A stretch of 52,398 nt of DNA, from contig CAMBGF010000003.1 in NCBI GenBank assembly GCA_945866135.1, forward strand, positions 1 through 52,398, read 5' to 3'. Below are positions 8,861 through 18,198 of this stretch, piece by piece (positions within the stretch are counted from its first letter, which is position 1; the number at the start of each line of letters is the position of its first letter). This DNA is from Bifidobacterium breve (lineage in GTDB: Bacteria; Actinomycetota; Actinomycetes; S36-B12; UBA5976). The notes under the pieces were generated by a model. That model worked only from the letters and a program-made list of their open reading frames with translations. It was not told where the DNA came from and ran no database searches. Made by a program: the position numbers and the translations under genes.

Positions 8861-9832
8861 TCACTCACCGCCGCCACCGCTGGAATGTCCTGGGAAGACG
8901 CCTTGGCTTGCATCGATGTAAGGAACTGAGTTGTTAACCGCAGATCCTGCCTCGCCGAAACCGACTGAAATTAGTGGAACTTTTCCAACATAAGTTGTAA
9001 TGTCGCCCGCTGAATAAACTCGTGGCAAGTTAGTCTTCATTGTGGTGTCAACCAAGATACGGCGCTTCTCTAGATCTATTCCCCAGTTTGCTATTGGGCC
9101 AATGTTGGCAATGAAACCCAGGGCTGCTACCAAAGTTTGCGCCGGCAAAGTACGGGATTCGCCTTCTTTGTTCGCGATAGTTACAGACTCAACCCAATTC
9201 TCGCCAGAGACTGCCGTGACTTCAGAGTTTGTTATTAACTCCACACCCATAGCGCGAACTTGATCAACGGTGCCAGCATGCGCCCGGAAAGTGTCGCGGC
9301 GATGAACTAAGGTCACAGACTTTGCAATTGGGGCAAGTGAGTAAGCCCAATCAAATGCCGAATCACCGCCACCTATGATCACGACATCTTTGCCAGCATG
9401 CACATCTAATTTAGGTACGAAATAAACCAGACCCTTGCCGACGTATTCGTTTCCGGCCGGAAGCTCTCGTGGCGTGAAGGATCCGATGCCACCGGTAATG
9501 ATTGCAACTTTGGCTTCAATTACGGTGCCTTTGTCGGTAACAACTCGAACTGGCCCAGTTTCGCTAGTTTCCAACTCCTCAGCGCGCTCGCCAAGAATAA
9601 AAGTGGGGTTATATGCGCCCGCTTGCTGCATTAAGCCAGCCACTAAATCGCGACCTCTAACAGCAGGAAATCCAGCCACATCAAATATTTCTTTTTCTGG
9701 GTACATGGCCGTAATTTGACCACCTGGCTCAGTTAAAACATCTAAGACAGTTACGGTAAACCCGCGAAAACCGGCGTAGTAAGCGGCATATAGCCCAGTT
9801 GGACCAGCGCCAATTACTAGAACATCGCTCAT
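8861..9832 (-). CDS. Ferredoxin-NADP+ reductase, TrxB-like (YumC type)
   Basis: GAGPTG FAD motif; GGQITAMYPEK; GGGDSA and HRR NADPH motifs; C-terminal FPGHSS; no CxxC redox centre. Confidence 0.88.
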   Translation of the reverse strand: MSDVLVIGAGPTGLYAAYYAGFRGFTVTVLDVLTEPGGQITAMYPEKEIFDVAGFPAVRGRDLVAGLMQQAGAYNPTFILGERAEELETSETGPVRVVTDKGTVIEAKVAIITGGIGSFTPRELPAGNEYVGKGLVYFVPKLDVHAGKDVVIIGGGDSAFDWAYSLAPIAKSVTLVHRRDTFRAHAGTVDQVRAMGVELITNSEVTAVSGENWVESVTIANKEGESRTLPAQTLVAALGFIANIGPIANWGIDLEKRRILVDTTMKTNLPRVYSAGDITTYVGKVPLISVGFGEAGSAVNNSVPYIDASQGVFPGHSSGGGGE

Positions 9833-9893
9833 AGGCCTAATTCTAGTCCAAGTTGGTTAATGACGGGTGGTAGCGAAATTACTGCAACGAAAC

Positions 9894-10088
9894 TTAAACG
9901 CTGCAACTCATATCAGTACCACAGCACATAGGGGATTTGATTTTCCCGTCGCACTCTGGACATCTTGAAATTTGAACAATATTGCCATCGTCAAGTGTCA
10001 AATTGTCATTGACCAAGGGTTGGTTGCATTTAGCGCAAGTTGCATTTACTGACATCCCACACTTTGCACATGAATATGTAGCGATCAT
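9894..10088 (-). CDS. Small Cys-rich putative metal-binding protein (64 aa, 9 Cys)
   Basis: Three CxxC motifs plus CCGxxM; RBS AAAGGA; -10-like TAGACT at 10120-10115. Confidence 0.8.
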   Translation of the reverse strand: MIATYSCAKCGMSVNATCAKCNQPLVNDNLTLDDGNIVQISRCPECDGKIKSPMCCGTDMSCSV

Positions 10089-10172
10089 TTCATTCCTTTC
10101 CGAACGTTTAACTAAGTCTAATTAGGTCGGCTAATCAAGCCGAATTGGTATCTAATTTGGGTGCCCAAGACG

Positions 10173-11411
10173 TTAGCGGTATTCGCCAGGTGTTCGAACC
10201 CATGAGCCATTTGCCAAGGCACTTAAGTCGGTTGCACTGCCATTAAATACATTTAGGTCAAGATGGCCTCGACCTGAGCCTTTACCGGCGTAACAAAGCG
10301 TGACGTCGCTGGGACAATCACCGGCAGAGGGTTGCCAAGGGATGCCGTAAGTTTCTCGGTCTCCAGTTGATGTGTATTGCCAAATAGTCCATAGGTAACT
10401 GCAATCCGATTGCTTCCAAGGCGTTACATAACATGGTGCGCCATTTAATCCTTGGCCAACTTGAACTGCGGGATCTGCTGGATTGCCTGGTTGGGCAAGC
10501 CACAAATGATAATTTCGGAATTTAGTAACTGTATCTGGATCGGTTGAATAGCGATTCGCTAAAAAATTTCGATAAGAATACATAATTGGAGCTCGCCCAG
10601 TTGCCGCCTGCATGGCATCTAACCAAGTAAAAGTCCAAAGCGTAACTAATTCTTTAGAGATAGCTACATCAACAGTTTCCATGTCTAGGACATAGGGGAG
10701 AGTTCGCCCGTCATAACCGCCAAGTGAAGCTAATCGAGCAGCAGCCTGCGCTGCCTGCGCCTGGGCATCGGCAATGATGGCGTTGCTATCGCTGGTCACA
10801 GGTAATCGGGCGCGGTGATAGTAGCCCACCAAGATTCCTGCTGCTTTTGCGCTGGGCGCCCAACTTGTTACGTGCGGCACAGCTAAGGCATCTTCACTTG
10901 CCATGCCATCAGAGCCTTTAATGAACGCAAAGGACACGCCAGCTGCTGCCATACGAGTGAAATCAATGGGTTGGCTTCCGCTTTGCCAGCGAGACATGTC
11001 AAGACCCAGGAGTCGATTGCCTGGACCTACTGGAAGCGCATTGACGATCGCTAACACCGGCGCGGCCTGAACTTTAGAAATCTTTGATCCAGACACCGCG
11101 CGAACTGACATTTTTGCAGTTGCTTTAGGTGCCTTAAATGTTGCCGACCAAGCACCGGTGCTTTTCTTAGAAGTTACGGTTTTAACCGTTTTCCAAGACT
11201 TACCAGTTTTGATTTGGACTTTAACTTTGGCACCTTTTAGGCCGCCAGTGGTCTTTCCAGAAACTTTCACGCTTTGCCCGGCAACCAGTGATGCGGGTAT
11301 GGCAGTCATGGAAACCGAAGATTTAGCTGCTTGGGCAGGTTGGGCAATGAGCAAAAACACCAAGGCAAGAGCAATGAGCAAACTTGCTTTGCTCAGCGGG
11401 AAAAACTTCAT
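10173..11411 (-). CDS. Secreted GH25 muramidase (lysozyme) with N-terminal basic Ig-like domain
   Basis: Signal peptide ending AQA; GLDMSRWQ, FAFIKGSDG, catalytic LDME, WTIWQYTSTG, DLNVF; ATG 11411 overlaps the parC stop (ATGA). Confidence 0.9.
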   Translation of the reverse strand: MKFFPLSKASLLIALALVFLLIAQPAQAAKSSVSMTAIPASLVAGQSVKVSGKTTGGLKGAKVKVQIKTGKSWKTVKTVTSKKSTGAWSATFKAPKATAKMSVRAVSGSKISKVQAAPVLAIVNALPVGPGNRLLGLDMSRWQSGSQPIDFTRMAAAGVSFAFIKGSDGMASEDALAVPHVTSWAPSAKAAGILVGYYHRARLPVTSDSNAIIADAQAQAAQAAARLASLGGYDGRTLPYVLDMETVDVAISKELVTLWTFTWLDAMQAATGRAPIMYSYRNFLANRYSTDPDTVTKFRNYHLWLAQPGNPADPAVQVGQGLNGAPCYVTPWKQSDCSYLWTIWQYTSTGDRETYGIPWQPSAGDCPSDVTLCYAGKGSGRGHLDLNVFNGSATDLSALANGSWVRTPGEYR

Positions 11412-13846
11412 GGCGCTGCGCAAACGGCAGCAACTGGCTTAGTTAACTTGGTGCCAGTGCTATCTCGCTTGCCAAAATTATTTGGTACTTCCACAGCAGC
11501 TCCCGTTGATCCACAGGCGTGGATTGGACCATTGCCAGCAGTTGCGGTTACCAAAACATCTTCGCTAGATAGGAACTTGTGACATCGCACACCACTAGTT
11601 GCTCGACCCTTACCAGGGAACTCTGTTAACAAAGTTAACTTCATAGTGTGCGCTGCAGTGCCAGGAAGTGCGCCGGCTTCCCCGCCAACTGTGGCAACGA
11701 GACATTCCTCATGCGCATCAACGACGGAACCAAAAATAACTTCCGCACCTTCATAAAGGCGAATGCCAACGACACCAGCTGCTGGACGCCCAGTTGCTCG
11801 AACTAACGAGGCATCAAAATGCAGAAGTTGCGCATCGCTTGTGATCAGCACGACTTCGCCACTTTCGTCTTCGCATTGAATCGCGCCAACTAACGAGTCA
11901 CCTTCTTCAAGGCGGATGATGTTCCAGTCGCCAGCTGATCCCGGTACGTCATTTATGACGCGCTTTACCGTGCCAAATGCAGTAGTTAAGAAAAGCGATG
12001 ATTCTGGCTTATCAAGTGCCATTAAAGCCAGAGGCAGTTCGCCCTTTGCAAGGGTTATGAACTCTTTAAGCGCTCCGCCACCAGCTATAGCCAAAGCGGC
12101 GCCGGGTGCAAGTGCTGGCAGACCAACAACTGATTGCCGGATGACTCTGCCAAAGCTGGTAACAATGCCAACATCACCGCGCGCAGTTGTTCGCACTAGG
12201 GATTTGATCGTGTCGTGGCTAGTTCGTTTCTTTCCGAACTCAAGTGGTATGTCATCTGTGGTGCGGGCAAGTAGTCCCGTTGCTGACATCAACACAAAAC
12301 ATGGATCATCGCTAACTTCAAGTGAAACTGGGAGAGCTGCGGAAACAATTTCGCCATCACCTAGCAGAACTGAGCGTCTGTCATCACCGTATTTATTGGC
12401 AACATCTGTTAACTCTTGTCCGACAACTTTTCGCAGGCGCTTATCATTTTCCAGAATGTCAGTTAAATCATTAATTATGTTTCGCAATTCATCTTGTTCT
12501 TTCTCAAGTTCTAACCGTGAGAATTTCGTAAGGCGACGAAGCGGCATTTCCAAAATGTAATTAGTTTGGATTTCACTTAAATCAAAAACACTCATCAACC
12601 GTTCGCGCGCAGCAGCAGTGTCATCACTACCGCGAATCACTGCGATCACCTCGTCAATGTCCAAAATTGCGACAAGTAATCCGTCCACAAGATGCAAGCG
12701 ATCTGAGGCGCGCAGCCGCCTGAATTCGCTACGACGTCGCACTACTTCGAGTCGATGATCAATAAAAACTTGCAGCAACGGCTTTATGCCTAGAGTTACT
12801 GGCTGTCCGTTTACAAGTGCCACGTTATTAATGTGGAAAGAATCCTCCAGCGGAGCTAATTTATAAAGCTGATCTAATACTGCTTCTGGGTTAAAGCCAT
12901 TTTTGATTTCAATTACAAGTTCCAGGCCAGATTCGTAATCTGTTAAGTCGATGACATCTGAAATTCCTTGCAATTTCTTACTGGTAACTAATTCCTTAAT
13001 TCTTTCGATAACTCGTTCGGGGCCAACTTGATAGGGGAGTTCGCGGACAACAATTCCTTGACGTCGCGGCGAGATCTGTTCAATGTCTACTTTCGCGCGG
13101 ATTTTGAAACTACCTTTACCCACAAGGTATGCCTCGCGGATACCTTCCAGACCGTAAATGATGCCGCCCGTTGGTAAATCAGGACCTGGCACAAAACTCA
13201 TCAGTTCATCCAAAGTTGCTTTGGGGTGCGCTAACAGGTGCGAAGCAGCGGCCACAACCTCGCGAAGATTATGCGGCGGCATGTTAGTTGCCATACCTAC
13301 TGCAATTCCAGAAGCTCCATTTACCAGCAAGTTTGGAATTGCCGAGGGTAAAACTGTCGGTTCTAGTTCTCGGCCATCATAATTTGGCGTGAAGTCCACG
13401 GTGTCTTCATCAATTGAGTCCACCATGGCGCCCGCTGGGCTTGCCAATCTGGCTTCGGTGTAGCGATAAGCGGCTGGACCTTCATCGAGAGAGCCAAAGT
13501 TTCCATGCCCGTCAACGAATGGCAATCGCAGTGACCAAGATTGCGCCATGCGCACCAGCGCGTCATAAATTGCGCTATCGCCATGGGGATGCAATTTACC
13601 CATAACTTCGCCAACAACTCGAGCGCTTTTAACGTGACCTTTATCTGAGCGCAGTCCCATTGCCGCCATAGTGTGCAGAATTCGCCGTTGCACTGGTTTA
13701 AGTCCATCTCGAGCATCAGGCAAAGCGCGCGAATAAATTACCGAATAGGCATATTCCAAAAATGAATCTTGCATTTCAGTTGAAACATCAATGTCAACAA
13801 TTCGACCGGCATCGTGTGCAGGTTTGGGCGCAGTTGGTTTTGCCAT
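11408..13846 (-). CDS. parC: DNA topoisomerase IV subunit A (GyrA paralogue)
   Basis: [26 protein letters not shown], catalytic AAYRYTE; no canonical QRRGGKG GyrA box seen. Confidence 0.92.
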   Translation of the reverse strand: MAKPTAPKPAHDAGRIVDIDVSTEMQDSFLEYAYSVIYSRALPDARDGLKPVQRRILHTMAAMGLRSDKGHVKSARVVGEVMGKLHPHGDSAIYDALVRMAQSWSLRLPFVDGHGNFGSLDEGPAAYRYTEARLASPAGAMVDSIDEDTVDFTPNYDGRELEPTVLPSAIPNLLVNGASGIAVGMATNMPPHNLREVVAAASHLLAHPKATLDELMSFVPGPDLPTGGIIYGLEGIREAYLVGKGSFKIRAKVDIEQISPRRQGIVVRELPYQVGPERVIERIKELVTSKKLQGISDVIDLTDYESGLELVIEIKNGFNPEAVLDQLYKLAPLEDSFHINNVALVNGQPVTLGIKPLLQVFIDHRLEVVRRRSEFRRLRASDRLHLVDGLLVAILDIDEVIAVIRGSDDTAAARERLMSVFDLSEIQTNYILEMPLRRLTKFSRLELEKEQDELRNIINDLTDILENDKRLRKVVGQELTDVANKYGDDRRSVLLGDGEIVSAALPVSLEVSDDPCFVLMSATGLLARTTDDIPLEFGKKRTSHDTIKSLVRTTARGDVGIVTSFGRVIRQSVVGLPALAPGAALAIAGGGALKEFITLAKGELPLALMALDKPESSLFLTTAFGTVKRVINDVPGSAGDWNIIRLEEGDSLVGAIQCEDESGEVVLITSDAQLLHFDASLVRATGRPAAGVVGIRLYEGAEVIFGSVVDAHEECLVATVGGEAGALPGTAAHTMKLTLLTEFPGKGRATSGVRCHKFLSSEDVLVTATAGNGPIHACGSTGAAVEVPNNFGKRDSTGTKLTKPVAAVCAAP

Positions 13847-13885
13847 GTTTATTAAATTTCCTTGCTAAGTATTGGGAACGTGTAC

Positions 13886-14683
13886 TTACTGATCATTCGG
13901 GCGATGGCCGAACAAGATGTCATCCCATGATGGCGAGTCATCAACAGCTGCAACCGGTTTGGCAGCCACTGGCGCTGGGCTGGCAACGGGCATCGGCACT
14001 GGCATAGTTGGATGACCAGGTCCAGCCCACGCTGGTGGTTCAAGTTCTTCTTGCGCAGCCGTGGGTAATCCAACTAACCGTGGCTTAGGTTCTTCCACAC
14101 GCTTACCAGCTTGATCTGCGCTTGCAGCTTCATCAAAAAGCCAGCGCGCTTCATCATCTAGTGCCACCACACTTCGAGCCAGTGGATCATAAATCCAGCT
14201 AGCACTACCGCCGCCGCTACCACTGTTCCAGGAAAGCAAAACTGTCCAGCGCGAATCATCGCGGCGATAGGAATCCCAAACAAAAGTCAAAGTATCGATA
14301 CCGCGATTAGCTAATTGTCCAGTTGCTAGTTCGCCAAGGATCACTTCCCCGTGGGGGCGACGAATCAGAGTTGCTGCCGCGCGAGTTGCCATGTAGGAAC
14401 GTTCGGCAAGTACGGGCCCGGCGTAACGCTCAATTCGCTCGAGAGGAACCCCACTTTCAGTAGCAATAGCCTGCGCAGTTTCCCCGCGTCTGATTCGAGT
14501 TTGAATGTCTTTTGGAGAAATGCCCGAAGTTGAGTCTGTTCTGGTCACAGTGGCGGTGTCATTGGTGTTGATGCTGCGTTTTATGTGCTCGTCTACATCC
14601 ACGGTGAATTCCAGACCGTCTTCGTCCATGAAAATTAGGGCAAGGTTGTCTTGTGACCGGCCAACAAATATTAGATCTTTCAT
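13886..14683 (-). CDS. sepH: Septation protein SepH (DUF3071)
   Basis: SPKDIQTRIRRG HTH, IERYAGPVLAER, C-terminal PSWDDILFG; RBS AAGGTGA. Confidence 0.9.
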   Translation of the reverse strand: MKDLIFVGRSQDNLALIFMDEDGLEFTVDVDEHIKRSINTNDTATVTRTDSTSGISPKDIQTRIRRGETAQAIATESGVPLERIERYAGPVLAERSYMATRAAATLIRRPHGEVILGELATGQLANRGIDTLTFVWDSYRRDDSRWTVLLSWNSGSGGGSASWIYDPLARSVVALDDEARWLFDEAASADQAGKRVEEPKPRLVGLPTAAQEELEPPAWAGPGHPTMPVPMPVASPAPVAAKPVAAVDDSPSWDDILFGHRPNDQ

Positions 14684-14713
14684 GGCTCACCTTTTCTGCT
14701 ACAACTGCAATAC

Positions 14714-14760
14714 ATTCTCCTCGAAATGCCATTAAAATCGGGGGATTAGCGTGGTGTGTC
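14714..14760 (-). promoter_or_regulatory. Putative sepH promoter: GACACACC element plus -10 GAGAAT
   Basis: Minus strand GACACACC 14760-14753 lies 41 nt upstream of GAGAAT 14719-14714; GACAC is the known WhiA core. Confidence 0.45.
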
Positions 14761-14825
14761 GGACTTTTTGCGCGCTGGCAGGGACAATAGCCAAGAGCGC
14801 GAATTCGAGCAAGGAAAACTTTAAA

Positions 14826-15662
14826 ATGACTTTTGATTCAGTAGCCAGCGATCCATATGTGGAGCTGGCCAGGTCGATTGCAAAAGGCGCCGGCGAACTA
14901 CTTTTGGCTCGTCCCGAACACATCGAGATCGACACGAAATCAAGTGCCACCGATGTCGTAACGCAAATGGATCGAAATGCTGAGGCCTACATCGTGGCGC
15001 AGTTGACCAAGCATCGCCCAGATGATGCCATTTTGGGTGAAGAGGGCGCTAATTCGAAGGGTTCCTCTGGTTTGCAGTGGGTAATTGACCCAATTGATGG
15101 AACCGTGAACTATCTACACCAAATTCCCCATTGGTGCGTTTCGATTGGACTTAAAGATTTAAATTCGGGCGAGGCGATCGCAGGGGTAATTTATGCTCCG
15201 GTTTATGACCAAATGTATATCTCAAGTCAAGGTTTAGGATCTTGGGTGATTGCCCAAGGTGTGGCCCGAATCTTGCAAGTATCCAATTGCGCTGAGTTGA
15301 GTTCAGCAGTTATCGGAACTGGGTTTGGCTACGCAAGTGCGCGCCGGCAAAGTCAAGCGCGTGTCCTTACGCAAGTTCTGCCGCGGGTCGCCGACATCAG
15401 GCGCCTTGGATCCTGCGCGATAGACCTATGCCTGGTTGCTGATGGTGTTTTAGATGGTTACTACGAACGTGGCGTAAATGACTGGGATCACGCAGCGGGT
15501 GAATTAATTGCGCGCGAAGCGGGGGCGATATCAAGTGGACTGTGGGGAAACAAAGTTGGTAACGACATGATTGTCGTGACAACCCCAGCCATTAACGCTG
15601 ATCTAATTGCAATACTGGAAACCAATAACGCGGATAGCGATGTTATTGGTCTAGAAGATTAG
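14826..15662 (+). CDS. suhB: Inositol monophosphatase family protein
   Basis: GEEG, WVIDPIDGT, RRLGSCAIDL, WDHAAG; ATG 14826 with AAGGA upstream. Confidence 0.9.
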   Translation: MTFDSVASDPYVELARSIAKGAGELLLARPEHIEIDTKSSATDVVTQMDRNAEAYIVAQLTKHRPDDAILGEEGANSKGSSGLQWVIDPIDGTVNYLHQIPHWCVSIGLKDLNSGEAIAGVIYAPVYDQMYISSQGLGSWVIAQGVARILQVSNCAELSSAVIGTGFGYASARRQSQARVLTQVLPRVADIRRLGSCAIDLCLVADGVLDGYYERGVNDWDHAAGELIAREAGAISSGLWGNKVGNDMIVVTTPAINADLIAILETNNADSDVIGLED

Positions 15663-15698
15663 CAAGTCCTGTCTGTTGGAAAAGAGTAAAGGATAGTC

Positions 15699-16217
15699 AT
15701 GGCAATTTATGCGTTTGGTGCGAAAGTTCCACAAATTTCAGCAACAGCTTTTGTTCACCCCGAAGCAGTGATAATCGGGGACGTAACCATTGGTGATCTT
15801 TGCTTCATTGGACCATGCGCTGTGTTACGTGGGGATTCAAGTCGCATAGTCATTGGAGCTCGAACTTCTATTCAGGACGGCACCGTAATCCATTGCACTG
15901 CCGTACTACCAACGATTGTCGGGGATGAATGCACCGTTGGTCACAATGCGCATTTAGAGGGCTGCACTATCGAATCTGGCGCGTTAGTTGGTTCTGGGTC
16001 GCTGGTACTTCACGCCGCAGTAGTTGAAACTGGCGCATTAGTAGCAGCGGGCGCGGTGGTATTGGGCGGCATGGTCGTGCCTGCTGGCGCATTAGCCGTT
16101 GGAGTACCAGCCAAAATAAAGCCAGGTGCGGCTGATCCTGAAACTATTGCTTACTCAATCAAAACTTATGTTGAAAACGCCCGCAGATATCCCGGAGAAA
16201 TGCGACGTATCGACTAA
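15699..16217 (+). CDS. Gamma carbonic anhydrase family protein
   Basis: Hexapeptide repeats; AVLRGD, IQDGTVIH, VGHNAHLEGC, GVPAK. Confidence 0.9.
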   Translation: MAIYAFGAKVPQISATAFVHPEAVIIGDVTIGDLCFIGPCAVLRGDSSRIVIGARTSIQDGTVIHCTAVLPTIVGDECTVGHNAHLEGCTIESGALVGSGSLVLHAAVVETGALVAAGAVVLGGMVVPAGALAVGVPAKIKPGAADPETIAYSIKTYVENARRYPGEMRRID

Positions 16218-16230
16218 CATGGGGGCGGTG

Positions 16231-16259
16231 TTGGACTGCACTTACATATGACGTACAGT
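16231..16259 (+). promoter_or_regulatory. Putative sigma-A promoter for the DUF4193 gene
   Basis: TTGGAC (16231-16236), 17-bp spacer, TACAGT (16254-16259). Confidence 0.5.
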
Positions 16260-16321
16260 CCGTCACGATAGCAACTGCACAAACAGTTGTTCCGGAAGCT
16301 GCAAGGAGATTTGAGCTCGAC

Positions 16322-16618
16322 ATGGCAACAGATTACGACGCCCCACGTAAGACTGACGAAGAGGAAAACGAGGAAAGCCTCGAAAACCTCAAGGCACAAC
16401 ATGCCTCCAAAGTCAGTTCCAGTGTTGACGCGGATGAAGCCGATCGCAACGAGTCCCTAGAACTACCCGGCGCAGATCTTTCCGATGAATCAATCACGGT
16501 AATGGTCATCCCTAAGCAAGCAGATGAATTCACTTGCTCACGCTGCTTCTTGGTGCATCACCGCAGCACTTTGGCCAAGGAAGTTAAGGGTCAACCAATT
16601 TGCAATGATTGCGCATAA
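16322..16618 (+). CDS. DUF4193 family protein
   Basis: MATDYDAPR, ELPGADLSDE, PKQADEFTCSRCFLVHH, CNDC; RBS AAGGAG. Confidence 0.92.
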   Translation: MATDYDAPRKTDEEENEESLENLKAQHASKVSSSVDADEADRNESLELPGADLSDESITVMVIPKQADEFTCSRCFLVHHRSTLAKEVKGQPICNDCA

Positions 16619-16646
16619 CTAAGCGCAAGCTCAGCAAGTCGCAAGT

Positions 16647-17123
16647 TTAATTCTTGCTTTTAGCTTCAGACAATTTCGTACTCAGGTCCTCTGGATTTCT
16701 AGTTGAGATTTGCCAATATGGATGCGGATCACTTTCATCGGTTATCTCCACTATTAACGTTTGCTTGATGCCACCGCGTAACTGAAAATATGCATCTTTA
16801 TGTGCGTGCGTAGAGCGGGCTCTTCGCGACTGGGTCTCATCTAAGATCTGCACTTTGCCGATGTATCTAAGCGGCATCCGAGCTCGGCCCACTTGAAAAT
16901 TTAATTCATCGATGCGTATCGTCGGGGTATTTTTCAGCAGTCCAAAAATTGCCGCAGTGCTAGCAACAACGCCAACAATTAAGCCTAAATTAATACCATA
17001 AGCGCTGCCATAAGCAATACCTAAAGACACTGTCATAACCAGTGCAACGAACCACATGCCGGCCGAATGCCAAAGACGCTCGGTGTAAACCACGTGCTCA
17101 CCCGAAGTTCCTTCGCTAGGCAT
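16647..17123 (-). CDS. DUF3093 membrane protein
   Basis: YTERLW, two TM helices, DPHPYWQISTRNP; synteny with dut. Confidence 0.88.
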   Translation of the reverse strand: MPSEGTSGEHVVYTERLWHSAGMWFVALVMTVSLGIAYGSAYGINLGLIVGVVASTAAIFGLLKNTPTIRIDELNFQVGRARMPLRYIGKVQILDETQSRRARSTHAHKDAYFQLRGGIKQTLIVEITDESDPHPYWQISTRNPEDLSTKLSEAKSKN

Positions 17124-17194
17124 AAATAAATCTCACATTTCTTTTCTGGCAAGTGCGTTAAGTGCTATTAATCAATAACGATACTCTAGTGATC

Positions 17195-17755
17195 ATGGAA
17201 CGAATTGGTCGCGCAGTTCACCCGCTGATGATTCCGCAAGATGCGAATCCACCGCAGCGGCATGTCGATGCACCAAAGCCTGGTGAGACGATCGCAAGTC
17301 ATTACCGAAATTGTTTTGGTTGCGGCGTAGACCACCCAACGGGGCTTCACATCCAAATCGAAGCCGGCGCTGGAATGACAACGCGGGCGGTTTTTGAGGT
17401 TACTCAACATCATCAAGGCGCGCCAGGTATTGCCCACGGTGGGATTTTGTCCCTGGCCTTTGATGAATCGCTTGGAGCTACTAATTGGTTAATCAGATCT
17501 CCAGCGGTTACTGCGCATTTGGAAGTTTCATATCGACTTCCCGTGCCAGTTGGAACTAAAGTTTTTATTGAAGCAACCATGCAGGCAGTGCTGGGACGCA
17601 AAATTTGGTCAACTGCAGAAGGCCGCTTGGACGCACCAGATGGCCCCCTAGCTGTGGAGGCTGGTTCGCTTTATATGCAGGTGCCACAAGAACATTTTGA
17701 TAGGCACCGAGGAATTACCGACATGAATTCAACATTGCTAGACATTGCCCCATGA
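17195..17755 (+). CDS. PaaI family thioesterase (hotdog fold)
   Basis: CFGCG, HQGAPGIAHGG, FDE; TACTCT 7 nt before ATG 17195. Confidence 0.88.
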   Translation: MERIGRAVHPLMIPQDANPPQRHVDAPKPGETIASHYRNCFGCGVDHPTGLHIQIEAGAGMTTRAVFEVTQHHQGAPGIAHGGILSLAFDESLGATNWLIRSPAVTAHLEVSYRLPVPVGTKVFIEATMQAVLGRKIWSTAEGRLDAPDGPLAVEAGSLYMQVPQEHFDRHRGITDMNSTLLDIAP

Positions 17756-18198
17756 GCAAACTCCAAATCGAATTTGTTTTGCTTCACGAACTAGCGACCC
17801 CACCGGTATATGCCCACCACGGTGACGCGGGTGCTGACTTAGTCTGCGTTGAAGACGTTACTTTGGCACCTGGTGAACGAGTGTTAGTTGCAACAGGACT
17901 TGCGATTGCCTTACCCGCAGGTTATGTCGGCCTTGTTCATCCAAGATCTGGACTCGCTTTTAAGAATGGAATAGGAATTGTAAATACCCCAGGAACTATT
18001 GACTCGGGATATCGCGGTGAACTAAAAATTTGTTTGATCAATTTGGATAAACATGAAACTGTGCGATTGCCGGCTGGGAGTCGAATTGCCCAGTTAGTTA
18101 TTCAAGAAGTTACTACTGCGCAATTCGTGCAAGTCACGCAGCTTGAACCTACGCCACGAAATGAACAGGGTTTTGGTTCAACTGGAGTTGCCACATGA
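17752..18198 (+). CDS. dut: dUTP diphosphatase
   Basis: GDAGADL, PRSGLA, GTIDSGYRGE, RIAQL, GFGSTG. Confidence 0.97.
   Translation: MSKLQIEFVLLHELATPPVYAHHGDAGADLVCVEDVTLAPGERVLVATGLAIALPAGYVGLVHPRSGLAFKNGIGIVNTPGTIDSGYRGELKICLINLDKHETVRLPAGSRIAQLVIQEVTTAQFVQVTQLEPTPRNEQGFGSTGVAT

Noticed and set aside
8861-9832. Thioredoxin reductase trxB
   Set aside because: No CxxC; has FNR-type YPEK and C-terminal FPGHSS signatures.
10173-11411. Prophage lysis cassette
   Set aside because: No holin, integrase or structural genes; has a Sec signal peptide and is coupled to parC.
11916-12560. 214-aa + strand ORF
   Set aside because: Entirely antisense to parC, Ser/Arg-rich, no motifs.
6039-13846. Calling the two topoisomerase genes gyrB/gyrA
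   Set aside because: Split convergent layout near sigA and no canonical GyrA box fit actinobacterial Topo IV.
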